Below the pieces are notes generated by a model. It made no database searches, was not told the DNA's origin, and saw only the letters and a program-made list of their open reading frames with translations. This document shows, piece by piece, positions 13,724 through 23,811 of a stretch of DNA of 64,000 nucleotides. The translations under genes and the position numbers were made by a program. Numbering within the stretch: position 1 is the stretch's first letter; every line of letters starts with the position of its first letter. The stretch lies in the NCBI RefSeq assembly GCF_006345805.1, contig NC_043025.1:14074001-14138000 (forward strand). Direction: 5' to 3'. This DNA comes from Octopus sinensis (Eukaryota).

Positions 13724-16700
13724 TTGTCCCCCACAACATTGCTTGACAACCGATGCTGGTGTGTTTGCGTCCCTGTAACTTAGCGGTTTGGCAAAAGAGA
13801 CTGATAGAATAAATACTAGCCTTACAAAGAGTTAAGTCCTGGAGTCGAATTGCTCGATTAAAGGCAGTGCTCCAGCATGGCCACAAATAAAAAAGTATCC
13901 CTTTAGCAATTGATCCATCTGTCTAAATGTATCTCGACACAAATACTTGTCCTGGATTGCTCTGGTAGCATTGTGTCAACACACAGTTTCTGACATACTG
14001 ACTGCTATTTTCTGTGTCAAAATGTGTTGATACAATAGAAATGATTGTCATTGTATGCTAGAATCACCAATTAAAGATGTGATTTGTCTCCAAATATCTT
14101 TCTATGGATATATCTGTGCACGTTTATGCATTTGGGATTGTTTTGATAACATTGCTATTTCTTTAAATATAACAAAGAATTTAGTAAAATAACTTAGTTA
14201 TCATTCAGCTAGTGTTAGGAACATAAATTGTGACTAAGGTTTGGTGGAAGATTTTAATTCAGAACTTATGCAAACAAGACATTTGTACTACAGAGCCAGA
14301 GGTGGTTTCAGCCAGGTTGGTATCAAAAGGGTTAAGAATTGTTTCTCTATTATATATCTTAACCCTTTTGTTACCATATTTCTGTTGAGATGCTCTGTGT
14401 TTCTTTGAATTACTATAAATATAACAAAGAATTTAGTAAAATAACTTAGTTATCATTAAGCTAGTGTTAGGAACATAAATTGTGACTAAGGTTTGGTGGA
14501 AGATTTTAATTCAGAACTTATGCAAACAAGACATTTGTACTACAGAGCCAGAGGTGGTTTCAGCCAGGTTGGTATCAAAAGGGTTAAGAATTGTTTCTCT
14601 ATTATATATCTTAACCCTTTTGTTACCATATTTCTTCTGTTGAGATGCTCTGTGTTTCTTTCAATTCATTTTAAATATAACAAAGAATTTAGTAAAATAA
14701 CTTAGTTATCATTCAGCTAGTGTTAGGAACATAAATTGTGACTAAGGTTTGGTGGAAGATTTTAATTCAAAACTTTAGAAAACAAGGCACAGGAGTGGCT
14801 GTGTGGTAAGTAGCTTGCTAACCAACCACATGGTTCTAGGTTCAGTCCCACTGCATGGCACTTTGGCCAAGTGTCTTCTACTATAGCCTTGGGCTGACCA
14901 AAGCCTTGTGAGTGGATTTGGTAGACGGAAACTGAAAGAAGCCCGTCGTATATATATGCGTGTGTGTGTTTGTCCCCCTAGCATTGCTTGACAACCAATG
15001 CTGGTGTGTTTTTGTCCCCGTTACTTATCGGTTCGGCAAAAGAGACCAATAGAATAAGTACTGGGCTTACAAAGAATAAATCCCGGGGTCGATTTGCTCG
15101 ACTAAAGGCTGAGTAAAGAGTAAGACAATTGTACTACAGAGCCAGAGGTGGTTTCAACCAGGTGGTAATGAAAGGGTTAAATACAGATACAACTCCTTTT
15201 TTGCCAGCCGACCAGACTGGGGCACATAAAATACCTGTCACCCTATGGTAAACACAATGAGTCTTCCAGTGGATCAGCTTGCTTGTGAGATTAATGTGCA
15301 AGTGGCTGAGTACTCCACAGACATGCATACCTCAGAGAGATTCAGCATGACACAGAATGTGACAAGGCTGGCCCTTGTGAATTACAGGTACAAAAAGTAA
15401 TTTTTTCCAGCGGCCCAGACTGGAGCAATGTGAAATAACTGACACTCTGTTGGTTATAGCAGAACATCTTTGATCATAGGATGGCTGGATCAGGACTGAC
15501 CTGGGGCTAAACAACAATAAGGAAGGACACATTCGATAATGTAGTCCTAGATACACCATGGTGAGAACACCTGTTGATCTGATCAACAGAACAGCTTGCT
15601 TGTGAAATTAAGGTACAAGTGGACGAGTACCCCACAGACACATGTACCCTTAACATAGTCCTTAGGGAGTTTCAGCATGAGACATGGCCGGCCCCATTTG
15701 AATTACTGGTACAAAATGTCATTTTGCCAGCAGCCCAGACTGGAGCAACATGAAATAAAAAGTCTTGCTCAAGGACATAATGCATTGGCAGGAATTGAAC
15801 TCACGAGCTTACATCCATCAGCCAAACCATCAACTCACACATCTACACTGCACTTTGAATATAGGGGTGGGATTAGCCTGAAATAAATCCCCCACCCCTG
15901 ACCTTTATACTTACAAACATTTTGAGTGCTTCGTTGGGGAGAACAACTTGACAGTATTTCGGTGAAAAAGGGCGGCGTTTTATTTGGCTCGTTTTGTTGA
16001 TAGGGACCAAAACATCGATGGCTTTACATTCATCATAAGAACCCGGGTATCGGTAGTCACCCAACATTATACCACTGGGTATCTTGCCGTAAGAATCAAT
16101 CACTGAAATTAGAGACAAAAAGAGAAGAGATTGAGAAATTATTTACTGTATTTTAATGTGCACAAGCAGTATCGTCCGGTGTTGCTCGGGTTTGTTTCAA
16201 CCCTTTAGAATAGTAGAAGACACTATTTCAGTTTCCGTCTACCAAATCCACTCACAAGGCTTTGGTTGGCCCAAGGCTATAGTAGAAGACACTTGCTCAA
16301 GGTGCCACGCAGTGGAACTGAACCCGGAACTATGTGGTTGGTAAGCAATGTAGAGCAATCTTCAGCTGCACAGAGACATAGAATTTAATTAACTTAGAAC
16401 AGATGGACACATTATTATAATTATACCTAAAATCTCCAAGCAGCTCAGTGCTAAAATCTATGGAGAAGGGCAGGTCAGAGGTTCCCCCACCCTTACTTAT
16501 CCCTTAGAAACCAAACAGACCAAGTAATTCAGTCTTGCTACCTTCCGACAAACCAAAGAAGTTCCCACAGCCACTCCTACATATATAATAATGATGATAA
16601 TAATAATAATAATAATGAAATTATTGTATACAGTGCTCAGGTGCACCTCAACATATATACGTGTGTGTGTTTTTATAAACACATTGCAGATCTACACTTT

Positions 16701-18201
16701 ATGTGCTTCTTTTCCAGGTGTGTGTGTGTGTGTGTGTGTGTGTGATCACCGTTTGACAACTGGCGTTGGTTTATTTACGTCCCTACAACTTAAGGCGGAG
16801 GCAAAGAATACGTACACCACCCGTTTTCGGCATAACAAAATCCTTAACTCTAAACACCGGGTGTTTGTATTCTTTGCTTTCGCCCAACTTAGCGGATCAG
16901 CAAATGCAATAAACAGAATAAGTACAGAGCTTTCAAAAAAACAAAAAACAAAAAGCCTAAATAATGGACAAGAGTCAAGACTCTTGAAAAGGTTGCAAGA
17001 CGCAACAAAAATTTTAGGAAAATAAAAATAAGAAATAAGTGGAAATTTTACTGGTGAGTGTGTTAAATTATAAGGCACCAAAAGAGAATGACTCTCCCCA
17101 GACACAACAGAACATGGTTCAACACACGAACTCATATAAAGAATCTTGCAAACCAAATCCAAAAACGAAATACATATATATATAGGCGCAGGAGTGGCTG
17201 TGTGGTAAGTAGCTTGCTAACCAACCACATGGTTCCGGGTTCAGTCCCACTGCATGGCACCTTGGGCAAGTGTCTTCTGCTATAGCCCCGGGCCGACCAA
17301 AGCCTTGTGAGCGGATTTGGTAGACGGAAACTGAAAGAAGCCCGTCGTATATATGTATATATATATGTGTGTGTGTGTGTTTCTATGTCTGTGTTTGTCC
17401 CCCTAGCATTGCTTGACAGCCGATGCTGGTGTGTTTATGTCGCCGTCACTTAGCGGTTCAGCAAAAGAGACCGATAGAATTGTTTGTGTGTCTGTGTTTG
17501 TCCCCCTAGCATTGCTTGACAACCGATGCTGGTGCGTTTACGTCCCCGTAACTTAGCGGTTCGGCAAAAAGAGACCGATAGAATAAGTACTGGGCTTACA
17601 AAGAATAAGTCCCGGGGTCGATTTGCTCGATTAAAGGCGGTGCTCCAGCATGGCCGCAGTCAAATGACTGAAACAAGTAAAAGAGTATATGTATGTATAC
17701 GTTCGACTGAAAATTCTTCAAGCTGGTGCCCCAGCATGGACGCAGTCTAATGATTGAAACAAGCCAAAGATACAAATATAAACAAGGAAAATTCGTGTAT
17801 AGTGTTGTTGTTGTTAGTGGTGTTGTTGTTGTAAGGAAGAAAGACTACTTACTTTGAATCGCCCACATCTGTCTTTGAACCAAAGATGTCAGAATCGTTT
17901 TCGTGTCTTCACAACATTTCCTGGAGACATTCAACGCAGAAACCGAGTCGCAGACATTCATAGACAACAGTTGTTTGGCCCTTTCTATGGTACTGTTGTC
18001 TCGTGTGCTGTAACCTTCGAATTCCACGCCTGGATCGTCGCCCTCTTCAAAGGCGGACTCGTGTCGTTGATGTAGACCCTGTTTTTCGTGTGTGTATCGT
18101 TGGCGAGCAGCTGATATCACTTTCCAATAATTCAACGATTCTCCGGGGTCAGAAACGACCCCTGGAAGAATTAAGACGAGAAGGAAGGCAACTGTATTCA
18201 T
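1408..18201 (-). CDS. nrf-6: NRF-6/OACYL-like acyltransferase-3 membrane protein, 12 visible coding exons, 3' end outside window: join(18201-17853,16102-15915,13507-13420,11953-11857,10379-10195,8169-8002,7135-7042,6074-5982,5099-4928,3719-3640,2330-2199,1531-1408)
   Basis: Manual splicing gives one open frame with matching phases at all 11 GT-AG introns. It has a signal peptide (MNTVAFLLVLILPGVVS), NRF-domain motifs (MIDSYGKIPSG, GSYDEC, LGICVPDSC) and acyltransferase-3 motifs (HGIRFLSMTWVLLGH, VDSFFLLSGLL, HRYWRLTP, WYLANDMQFY, YVKPYTRIGPY). Family-level call; orthology within this multigene family not established. Confidence 0.93.
1616..2128 (-). mobile_element. tRNA-derived SINE, family A (CORE-like), with duplicated 3' part
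   Basis: Reverse complement of the repeat at 17185, 28455 and 49013. About 20 copies occur in the window; octopus OR1/OR2-type family assignment not verified. Confidence 0.8.
2199..2330 (-). CDS. nrf-6: nrf-6-like exon 11 (ends in poly-Asn)
   Basis: (CT)n CCCCAG|C; FKPKIGQAITALLLLAHFICTGFIATNDHTQLNMLGGNNNNNNN; donor CA|GTAAGT, phase 2. Confidence 0.85.
2768..3035 (+). mobile_element. SINE-like interspersed repeat, family B (catcatcgtttaacgtccg...ggatgcccttcctaacgccaaccac)
   Basis: Further copies at about 3365, 4330, 6668, 13175, 24315, 24545, 38450, 51525 and 63590 (+), and about 51030 and 59230 (-). Confidence 0.7.
3640..3719 (-). CDS. nrf-6: nrf-6-like exon 10
   Basis: TTCCAG|TGT; CMGWLWYLANDMQFYWISPLLLVPLY; donor TT|GTAAGT, phase 2. 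Confidence 0.93.
3769..4038. mobile_element. hAT-like MITE
   Basis: Imperfect TIRs CGGTGGTTTTTAACC / GGTTGAGAACCCCTG; 8-bp flanks GACTAACT / GACTAAAC (6/8 match, TSD-like). Confidence 0.6.
4605..4770 (+). mobile_element. SINE family A, 5' part
   Basis: Head ggcgcaggagtgg..agtagcttgcttaccaaccacatggtcccgggttcagtcccactgcgtggcaccttgggcaagtg (B-box-like and CORE-like motifs). Confidence 0.8.
4928..5099 (-). CDS. nrf-6: nrf-6-like exon 9
   Basis: CAACAG|T; RLTPPILLLMMVYIPLFRYIGEGPFWP...CKESWFYNILYLNNFLPTEQTKQ; donor |GTGAG, phase 0. Confidence 0.93.
5424..5805 (+). mobile_element. 5'-truncated CR1-clade LINE 3' end
   Basis: TRGHVYKVRKQHSSHDFRKHFFMLRVAEAWNKLPASIVGCRSTASFKTSML matches the CR1 ORF2 C-terminal pattern; 3'UTR and (ATT)n tail follow. 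Confidence 0.8.
5982..6074 (-). CDS. nrf-6: nrf-6-like exon 8
   Basis: TTTTCAG|T; SGLLVAYSTLKAFSARDGKMNWVYFYIHRYW; donor CG|GTAAGT, phase 2. Confidence 0.93.
7042..7135 (-). CDS. nrf-6: nrf-6-like exon 7
   Basis: CACAG|AA; KNPITLGGFMKQFAFQAIGNATVSVDSFFLL; donor AG|GTAAGT, phase 2. Confidence 0.93.
7505..7869 (-). mobile_element. Non-autonomous Helitron-like element
   Basis: Minus strand ends ...cccgagcaatactgCTAG|T, as in the elements at 12495 and 47612. Confidence 0.5.
8002..8169 (-). CDS. nrf-6: nrf-6-like exon 6 (acyltransferase-3 domain start)
   Basis: TTTCAG|GT; GVGAKLLLCFSVYHNG...LSCVHGIRFLSMTWVLLGHVYVFGITVF; donor A|GTAAGT, phase 1. Confidence 0.93.
8225..9992. repeat. Tandem array of about 125-bp units (about 14 copies) in nrf-6 intron 5
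   Basis: Unit gtttagccccaggtcagtcctgatccagacacacctatgaccaaagatgttccagctgtgaccatcccgtcttttattcaggcatagtgtatctaggactacattatctaatgtgtccttcttgtt; period 123-127. Confidence 0.95.
10195..10379 (-). CDS. nrf-6: nrf-6-like exon 5 (first TM segment)
   Basis: TTTCCAG|T; IVASSLYLLVIVAATLYDIF...DEKVEP; donor G|GTAAGT, phase 1. Confidence 0.9.
10515..10765 (+). mobile_element. tRNA-derived SINE, family C
   Basis: A box TGGCTCAGTGG, B box GGTTTCGATACC, CORE-like ttgagcaaaacacttt; near-identical copy at 25365-25610. Confidence 0.8.
11857..11953 (-). CDS. nrf-6: nrf-6-like exon 4
   Basis: ATTTCAG|GT; GIHFLPIKIRERLKPFTFCDNGLDFDGKAIFS; donor AT|GTAAGT, phase 2. Confidence 0.85.
12495..12828 (-). mobile_element. 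Non-autonomous Helitron-like element
   Basis: Minus strand begins A|TCtttatatataaaag and ends CTAG|T (Helitron termini at an AT target); same family in + orientation at 47612. Confidence 0.7.
13420..13507 (-). CDS. nrf-6: nrf-6-like exon 3
   Basis: CAG|ATG; MSYGVPGIHLGICVPDSCHENDINTLMYT; donor G|GTAAGT, phase 1. Not in the ORF track. Confidence 0.9.
13545..13885 (+). mobile_element. SINE family A
   Basis: Head, internal (AT)n(GT)n and tail matching the other copies. Confidence 0.8.
14160..15176. mobile_element. Tandem trimer of piggyBac-like MITEs (partial to 14331; 14363-14583; 14615-15176 interrupted by a family A SINE at about 14785-15110)
   Basis: TTAA|CCCTTTTGTTACCA ... TGGTATCAAAAGGG|TTAA termini; period 252 bp. 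Confidence 0.7.
15915..16102 (-). CDS. nrf-6: nrf-6-like exon 2
   Basis: TTTCAG|TG acceptor; (M)IDSYGKIPSGIMLGDYRYPGSYDEC...ALKMF; donor |GTAAGT, phase 0. Confidence 0.92.
16348..16568. repeat. Dispersed repeat (about 220 bp) with inverted copy at 32479-32702
   Basis: Long exact tract cccttagaaaccaaacagaccaagtaattcagtcttgctaccttccgacaaaccaaagaagttccc is shared in reverse complement; family unknown. Confidence 0.75.
17185..17690 (+). mobile_element. SINE family A, full length with partially duplicated tail
   Basis: Complete head to tail ...gcagtcaaatgactgaaacaagtaaaagagta. Confidence 0.85.
17853..18201 (-). CDS. nrf-6: nrf-6-like exon 1 (signal peptide, start of NRF domain)
   Basis: ATG at 18201; MNTVAFLL...VSRKCCEDTKTILTSLVQRQMWAIQ; donor A|GTAAGT, phase 1. 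Confidence 0.88.
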
Positions 18202-18219
18202 TATTCCGTTTTTTGAACT

Positions 18220-18826
18220 CTAACCAACGAAGCACGAACAAGCGAGTGGGGCCGTCCTAGCGAGGACCGAGAGGGAACAACGGTAGAGCAACGTGGGGTT
18301 AAAATGGATGGGTTTTTTTTCTGGCGAACGTACGAGAGGGAACAACGGTGGGTCAACGTGGTGGGGTTAAAATGGATGAGGTTTTTTCTGTCCAACCAAA
18401 GAAGGGTCGTCCGAGCGAGGACCGAGAGGGAACGACGGTGGGTCAATGTGGTGAGGGTTAAAATGGATGGGTTTTTTTTCTGTCCGACCAACGAAGGGCT
18501 ATCGTACGAGTGGGGCCGTCGAGCGAGGACCGAGAGGGGAACAACGGTAGGGCAACGTGTGGCGGGGGGGGGTTAAAATTTGTGTTTTCTTTTGTTGTTG
18601 TTTTTTTTTTTGGTCCGACCAAACAACGAAGTGCTGCCGTACGAGTGACGCCTTCGAGTGAGGAACCGAGACACGAGAGAAGAGGAGGGTTCCGGAGGCG
18701 GCGGCGGCGGGGAAGGAAGATAAACGATATTTTGACGATTACATAAATAGGAAAAAAAAGTAATAAATATGTGTGTGTGTGTGTCACCTGTTGAGAGCAG
18801 AGGAGATGACGAAATTGTCCACTCAC
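18220..18826 (-). promoter_or_regulatory. Possible 5'UTR intron of the nrf-6-like gene in a CpG-rich leader region
   Basis: GAG|GTGAGT donor at 18826 and TTCGTTGGTTAG| acceptor 18 nt upstream of the ATG; no transcript evidence. Confidence 0.3.
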
Positions 18827-19524
18827 CTCACCTGGTATTTTTTTTTGAAAGTCACGTAAGCGAAAGCGATTAAGAGTCGAACTTTTTTCTCTTTTTTTGT
18901 TCTTTCTCCTCCTTTTTTTTGGTTCAAGTTATTAATAATGAAAGCCACATCTTCTTCTTCTCTTCTCTTCGTTCAACAATTGAAGGCCACTCGGTGCTAA
19001 TTCATTCTCTAATCAATGTTCGATGATAAAAAACACCTTCGATGCCAAACCAACGTGATTAAAAAAAAAAGGAAATAAATAAATAAAAAAACCCACGAAA
19101 AGTTCCTCTTGCAGCACCTCCCCTTCCTCCTCCTCCCGTTCAAACCTTTGCCCTTCCTCCCTCCCTCTCTCCGTCTCCGCCTTCTCCTCATTCGATAGTT
19201 CCTACCTCCGTCTTCCGATCTAACGCTACCCCCTCCTACTCTTTACGATTCTCTTCTTCCTCCTCCCCTTCTCTTTTCGCCAACCGATACTCCCCCTCCG
19301 TTACCTCCTCCTCCTCCCCTCCACAACTACTTCCTTAAGTTCTCTTCCTCTCTTCCCTCTACCAACCAATTCCCGCACCCCCCCACACACACACATTCTC
19401 TCCGTCTTCCTGCTGGACAACCGACCGACGTTGGTTTATTTACGTCCCTGTAACCTAATGGTTCAGTAAAAGAAACTGACAGAATAAGTTCCGGGCTTTA
19501 ATAATATGTACTGGGACTCTCTCT

Positions 19525-19737
19525 TTACTCTTTTACTTGTTTCAGTCATTTGACTACAGCCATGCTGGAGCACCGCCTTTAATCGAGCAACTTGACCCCG
19601 GGACTTATTCTTTTGTAAGCCCAGTACTTATTCTATCAGTCTCTTTTGCCGAACCGCTAAGTAACGGGGACGTAAACACACCAGCATCGGTTGTCAAGCA
19701 ATGCTAGGGGAACAAACACAGACACAAAAACATACAC

Positions 19738-19793
<56 letters not shown>

Positions 19794-19955
19794 TACGACA
19801 GGCTTCTTTCAGTTTCCGTCTACCAAATCCACTCACAAGGCTTGGTCGGCCCGGGGCTATAGTAGAAGACACTTGCCCAAGGTGCCATGCAGTGGGACTG
19901 AACCCGGAACCATGTGGTTGGTAAGCAAGCTACTTACTACACAGCCACTCCTGTG
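19525..19955 (-). mobile_element. SINE family A, full length
   Basis: Reverse complement of the 17185 copy; similar minus copies at about 20510-20885, 24955-25290, 29265-29612, 32822-33088 and 38008-38420. Confidence 0.85.
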
Positions 19956-21135
19956 CCACGTTCATTTTGACTAGAAAAAGGCCCTTTAAGGCAGTGCTCC
20001 AGCATGGCCACACTACAATGACTGAAACAAGCAAAAAATACAGGTATGTAGGTGCAGGCATGGCTGTGTGGTAAGAAGCCTGCTTCCCAACCACATGGTT
20101 CTGGGTTCAATCCCATTTGCATGGCACCTCGGGCAAGTGTCTTTTATTTATAGTCTTGGGCCGACCAAAGACTTGTGATGGATTTGGTAGATGGAAACTG
20201 AAAGAAGCCTGTCATGCGGATATGAAAGGTGTCGTTCAATTTGATGGCTGTTCTTTGGAGGTATCCGACATACATAGATGTGAAGCAGCATTGCGTGCTT
20301 GCCCCCCCCCCCTGTTTAGCATCTTCTTTGCAGTTCTATTGAAACACCCATTTGGGACATCAACTGATGGTGTTTACCTCCATCCACCCAGATCAGACGT
20401 TCAACTGTTTGGACTGAATCATGGGTGCACCAGGTACTCGTCAGAGAAATGGTGTTCACGGACGACACAGCACTGACAACGCTCTGAAGCAAATATATAT
20501 ATATATTTCTTTTTTTTACTTGTTTCAGTCATTTGACTGTGGCCATGCTGGAGCACCGCCTTTAGTCAAGCAAATCGACCCTGGGACTTATTCTTTGTAA
20601 GCCCAGTACTTATTCTATCGGTCTCTTTTGCTGAACTGCTAAGTAACGGGAACGTAAACACATCAGCATCGGTTGTCAAGCAATGCTGGGGGGACAAACA
20701 CAGACACACACATACATATATATGACGGGCTTCTTTCAGTTTCCGTCTACCAAATCCACTCACAAGGCTTTGGTCAGCCCAAGGCTATAGTAGAAGACAC
20801 TTGCCCAAGATGCCACGCAGTGGGACTGAACCCGGAACCATGTGGTTGGTTAGCAAGCTACTTACCACACAGCCACTCCTGAGCCTATAGAAAATTTCAT
20901 TAAAAAATATCCATATTTCTGAAGTTATGAGGAAACAAAGTCAGCAACGTGAAATGCTTAGCAGTATTTCAATTGTCTCCACATTCTGAATTCAAATTAC
21001 ACTGAGGCTGTTTGCCTTTTATCCTTTTGGAGTTGCTAAATTAAGTACCAGTTATGAACTGGGGTTGATGTTACCGACTAGTCACCTCCTCCAAAATTTT
21101 CAGGTCTTATGCCTTTAGTAGAAAGAGTTATTATT

Positions 21136-21690
21136 ATTATTGAGTGAGAGAGCAGTTCATGCCATCAAAGTGACACTGGGGTACAAATATACAAAGTCCA
21201 GTATACCCATCACGACTACCCATCTGATAAGGGTACACTAGGCACATGCATCACAACCATATGTGCGCGACATGGTGATCTCATATCAAGATGAACAGCA
21301 CATGACCTTGCAGGTGGAGCCCAGTTACAACTTTCTTCTGGTTGAATAAGCCATCTCACTCAAAAGGTCCCTGAATAAGGGTTGTGTAAGGATGTTGAAC
21401 GAACCACCTATGTTTCCAGAGGTGAATTATCCAAACCCCAAAGAACTCCTCTCAACACAGGGCTATGATGCTCCCCCACTACTTCTGTTCGTGATCAGAG
21501 ATGCACATATCGTCAGCCACCAAGGGACATGCTCAACTGGTTAAGGTCCAACAACTGACAAGCAAATCTGTGGTATTGAGCAGAATATTTGCTGTAGGCC
21601 ATCTTTTATACCAACACAAAACAATGTACATGATAACACTTCCAATCAGTTAAGATCAGAAGCCACGATAGCCACTGCCTGGGACTGCAT
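21136..21690 (-). mobile_element. 5'-truncated LINE-like repeat with (AAT)n tail
   Basis: Inverted homologue at 48281-48750 ends ...ctctctcactc(aat)n; clade not determined. Confidence 0.55.
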
Positions 21691-23180
21691 CAGGGCATTT
21701 ATTATTATTATTATTATTATTATTACTAAGGTGGCGAGCTGGCAGAATTGGCAAGAAGCTTAGTGTTATTTCTCCTGTTGATACATTCTGAGTTCAAATC
21801 CCACCTAGGTTAACTTTGCGTTTCATCCTTTCGGGGGTCAATAAATTGAGTACCAGTTGAGAAGTGGGGTTAACGTAGCCAACATAAGCGTCCCCCACCA
21901 CAGATTTCAAGCCTTGTGCCTATAAGAGAGATGATTATTATTGCAGGTATTGTTGTTGTTGTTGTTGTAACTCTTACAGGTCATCATTATGGATGCCACA
22001 GTTGTTGTGGTTGTAGTCATAAATATCAACCCTATTGTTGTGTAACTTTATCAGAGATTTTAACCTTTGTACAAAAAAAAAAATTATAAAAAACCCGATG
22101 AGTGCAACAAAAAAACAATAAAGAGAATTGAAAGTAGCCAAAAAAAAAAGGAAAAGAAAATTATTTGGTATCACTGATAAGAAATGTAATAAATACAGAC
22201 GAGAATCAAGTCGGAGAGACTTAGATTTAGAAAAACAGCACACTTTGGGTTCGAGGTTAAGCAACACCACCACTCCTCCAGCCGACCTAAATTCATTCGG
22301 TGACAGAAATTTTCGCAAAAAATGTAGAAAAGTTCGCTGGGTTTTTTTTTTATATTTATTTTTGTCTTCTTATTTTAAATCTTTTCTTTACGATTTGCTT
22401 TCTTTCTTTCTTTCTTTCTTTGTAAAATAAAATTTGTAAATATTTTCTCAGATATTTTCTGTGTTTGCCTAAAATATATTTATATATAAAAAGGCAGTGC
22501 TCCAACATGGCCACATTGAAATAACAGAAACAAGTAAAAAATATATATATATATATTAGTGGTTCGGCAAAAGAGACCAATAGAATAAGTACTAGGCTTA
22601 CAAAGAATAAGTCCTATGTATGGTAGAAGTATGTGAGGTTGCTATACATATATATATATATACACACACACATATATAAACATATAAATATACATATGTA
22701 TATATATATACAGTGAGAGTTTACAAAGAAACAAACGATGAAGACGGGTGCGTAAACAACAAACAGAAATAGTAGTTTAACAATCAGGAAGTGAGAAAGT
22801 TGTTTACATTTCGAGCCTACGCTCTTCAACGGAGAAGAACACAGAGAGAAAATAAAACAGCTTTAGTGGCTAGTGATCTATCATATGTACATATACATAT
22901 ATATATGTACATATACATATATATATGTACATATACATATATATATGTACATATACATATATATATATGTACATATACATATATATATATGTACATATAC
23001 ATACATAAGAATTTTTTGCATAATAAGATAAAAACAAGGCTGTATCTCATTACGCAACAAATTCTTATAAGCTTAAAGTGACAAATTATATGGTTATTGG
23101 AGATTAAGTCTATCTTTGGCATTGGAATTCTTTTCTTTTGCCCTTGTTTATAAGTTGCATATATATATATATATATATAT

Positions 23181-23564
23181 ATACAAGATAAGAAAATGGA
23201 GAAATACATCTAAATCAAATATCAATTACCAGATAATACTCAATCACATAATTTATTAAACCACCACATAAGAAACTTTAAGGTCAAACATAATAATATA
23301 GGACAAAACAGTGTACCTAAAGGAGTAATATGATACAATAAGTACAATATGCATAAGAGAATATATATTTATTTATATTTATATTCTCTTATACATATTG
23401 TACTTATTGTATCATATTACTCCTTTAGGTACACTGTTTTGTCCTATATTATTATGTTTGACCTTAAAGTTTCTTATGTGGTGGTTTAATAAATTATGTG
23501 ATTGAGTATTATCTGGTAATTGATATTTGATTTAGATGTATTTCTCCATTTTCTTATTTTGTAT
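23181..23564. repeat. Long inverted repeat (185-bp arms, 14-nt spacer)
   Basis: 23181-23365 is the reverse complement of 23380-23564, with two mismatches seen. Confidence 0.95.
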
Positions 23565-23735
23565 TAGTAATTTGTGGTAAATCATTTTACCTTTGCCCAT
23601 ATAATACAGTAAATGAATTGATTGCATCGCAATCCTTAATATTTATGTATTAACTTTGTTGGGTACTTCACTAGCAGTATATTGGATATATGTTATCCCA
23701 TGGAGGGTTGCATTTACAACCCCTATCTCAATTTG

Positions 23736-23811
<76 letters not shown>

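Noticed and set aside
21974-22430. Overlapping Lys-rich and Phe-rich ORFs
   Set aside because: Driven by A/T homopolymers; no recognisable domain or splice partners
22801-22835. Hammerhead-like TTGAAGA...GAAA on the minus strand (similar partial motifs at about 12870-12920, 23888-23945 and 61800-61845)
   Set aside because: Core or stems are broken, or motif order is incompatible with a closed fold; at best decayed remnants
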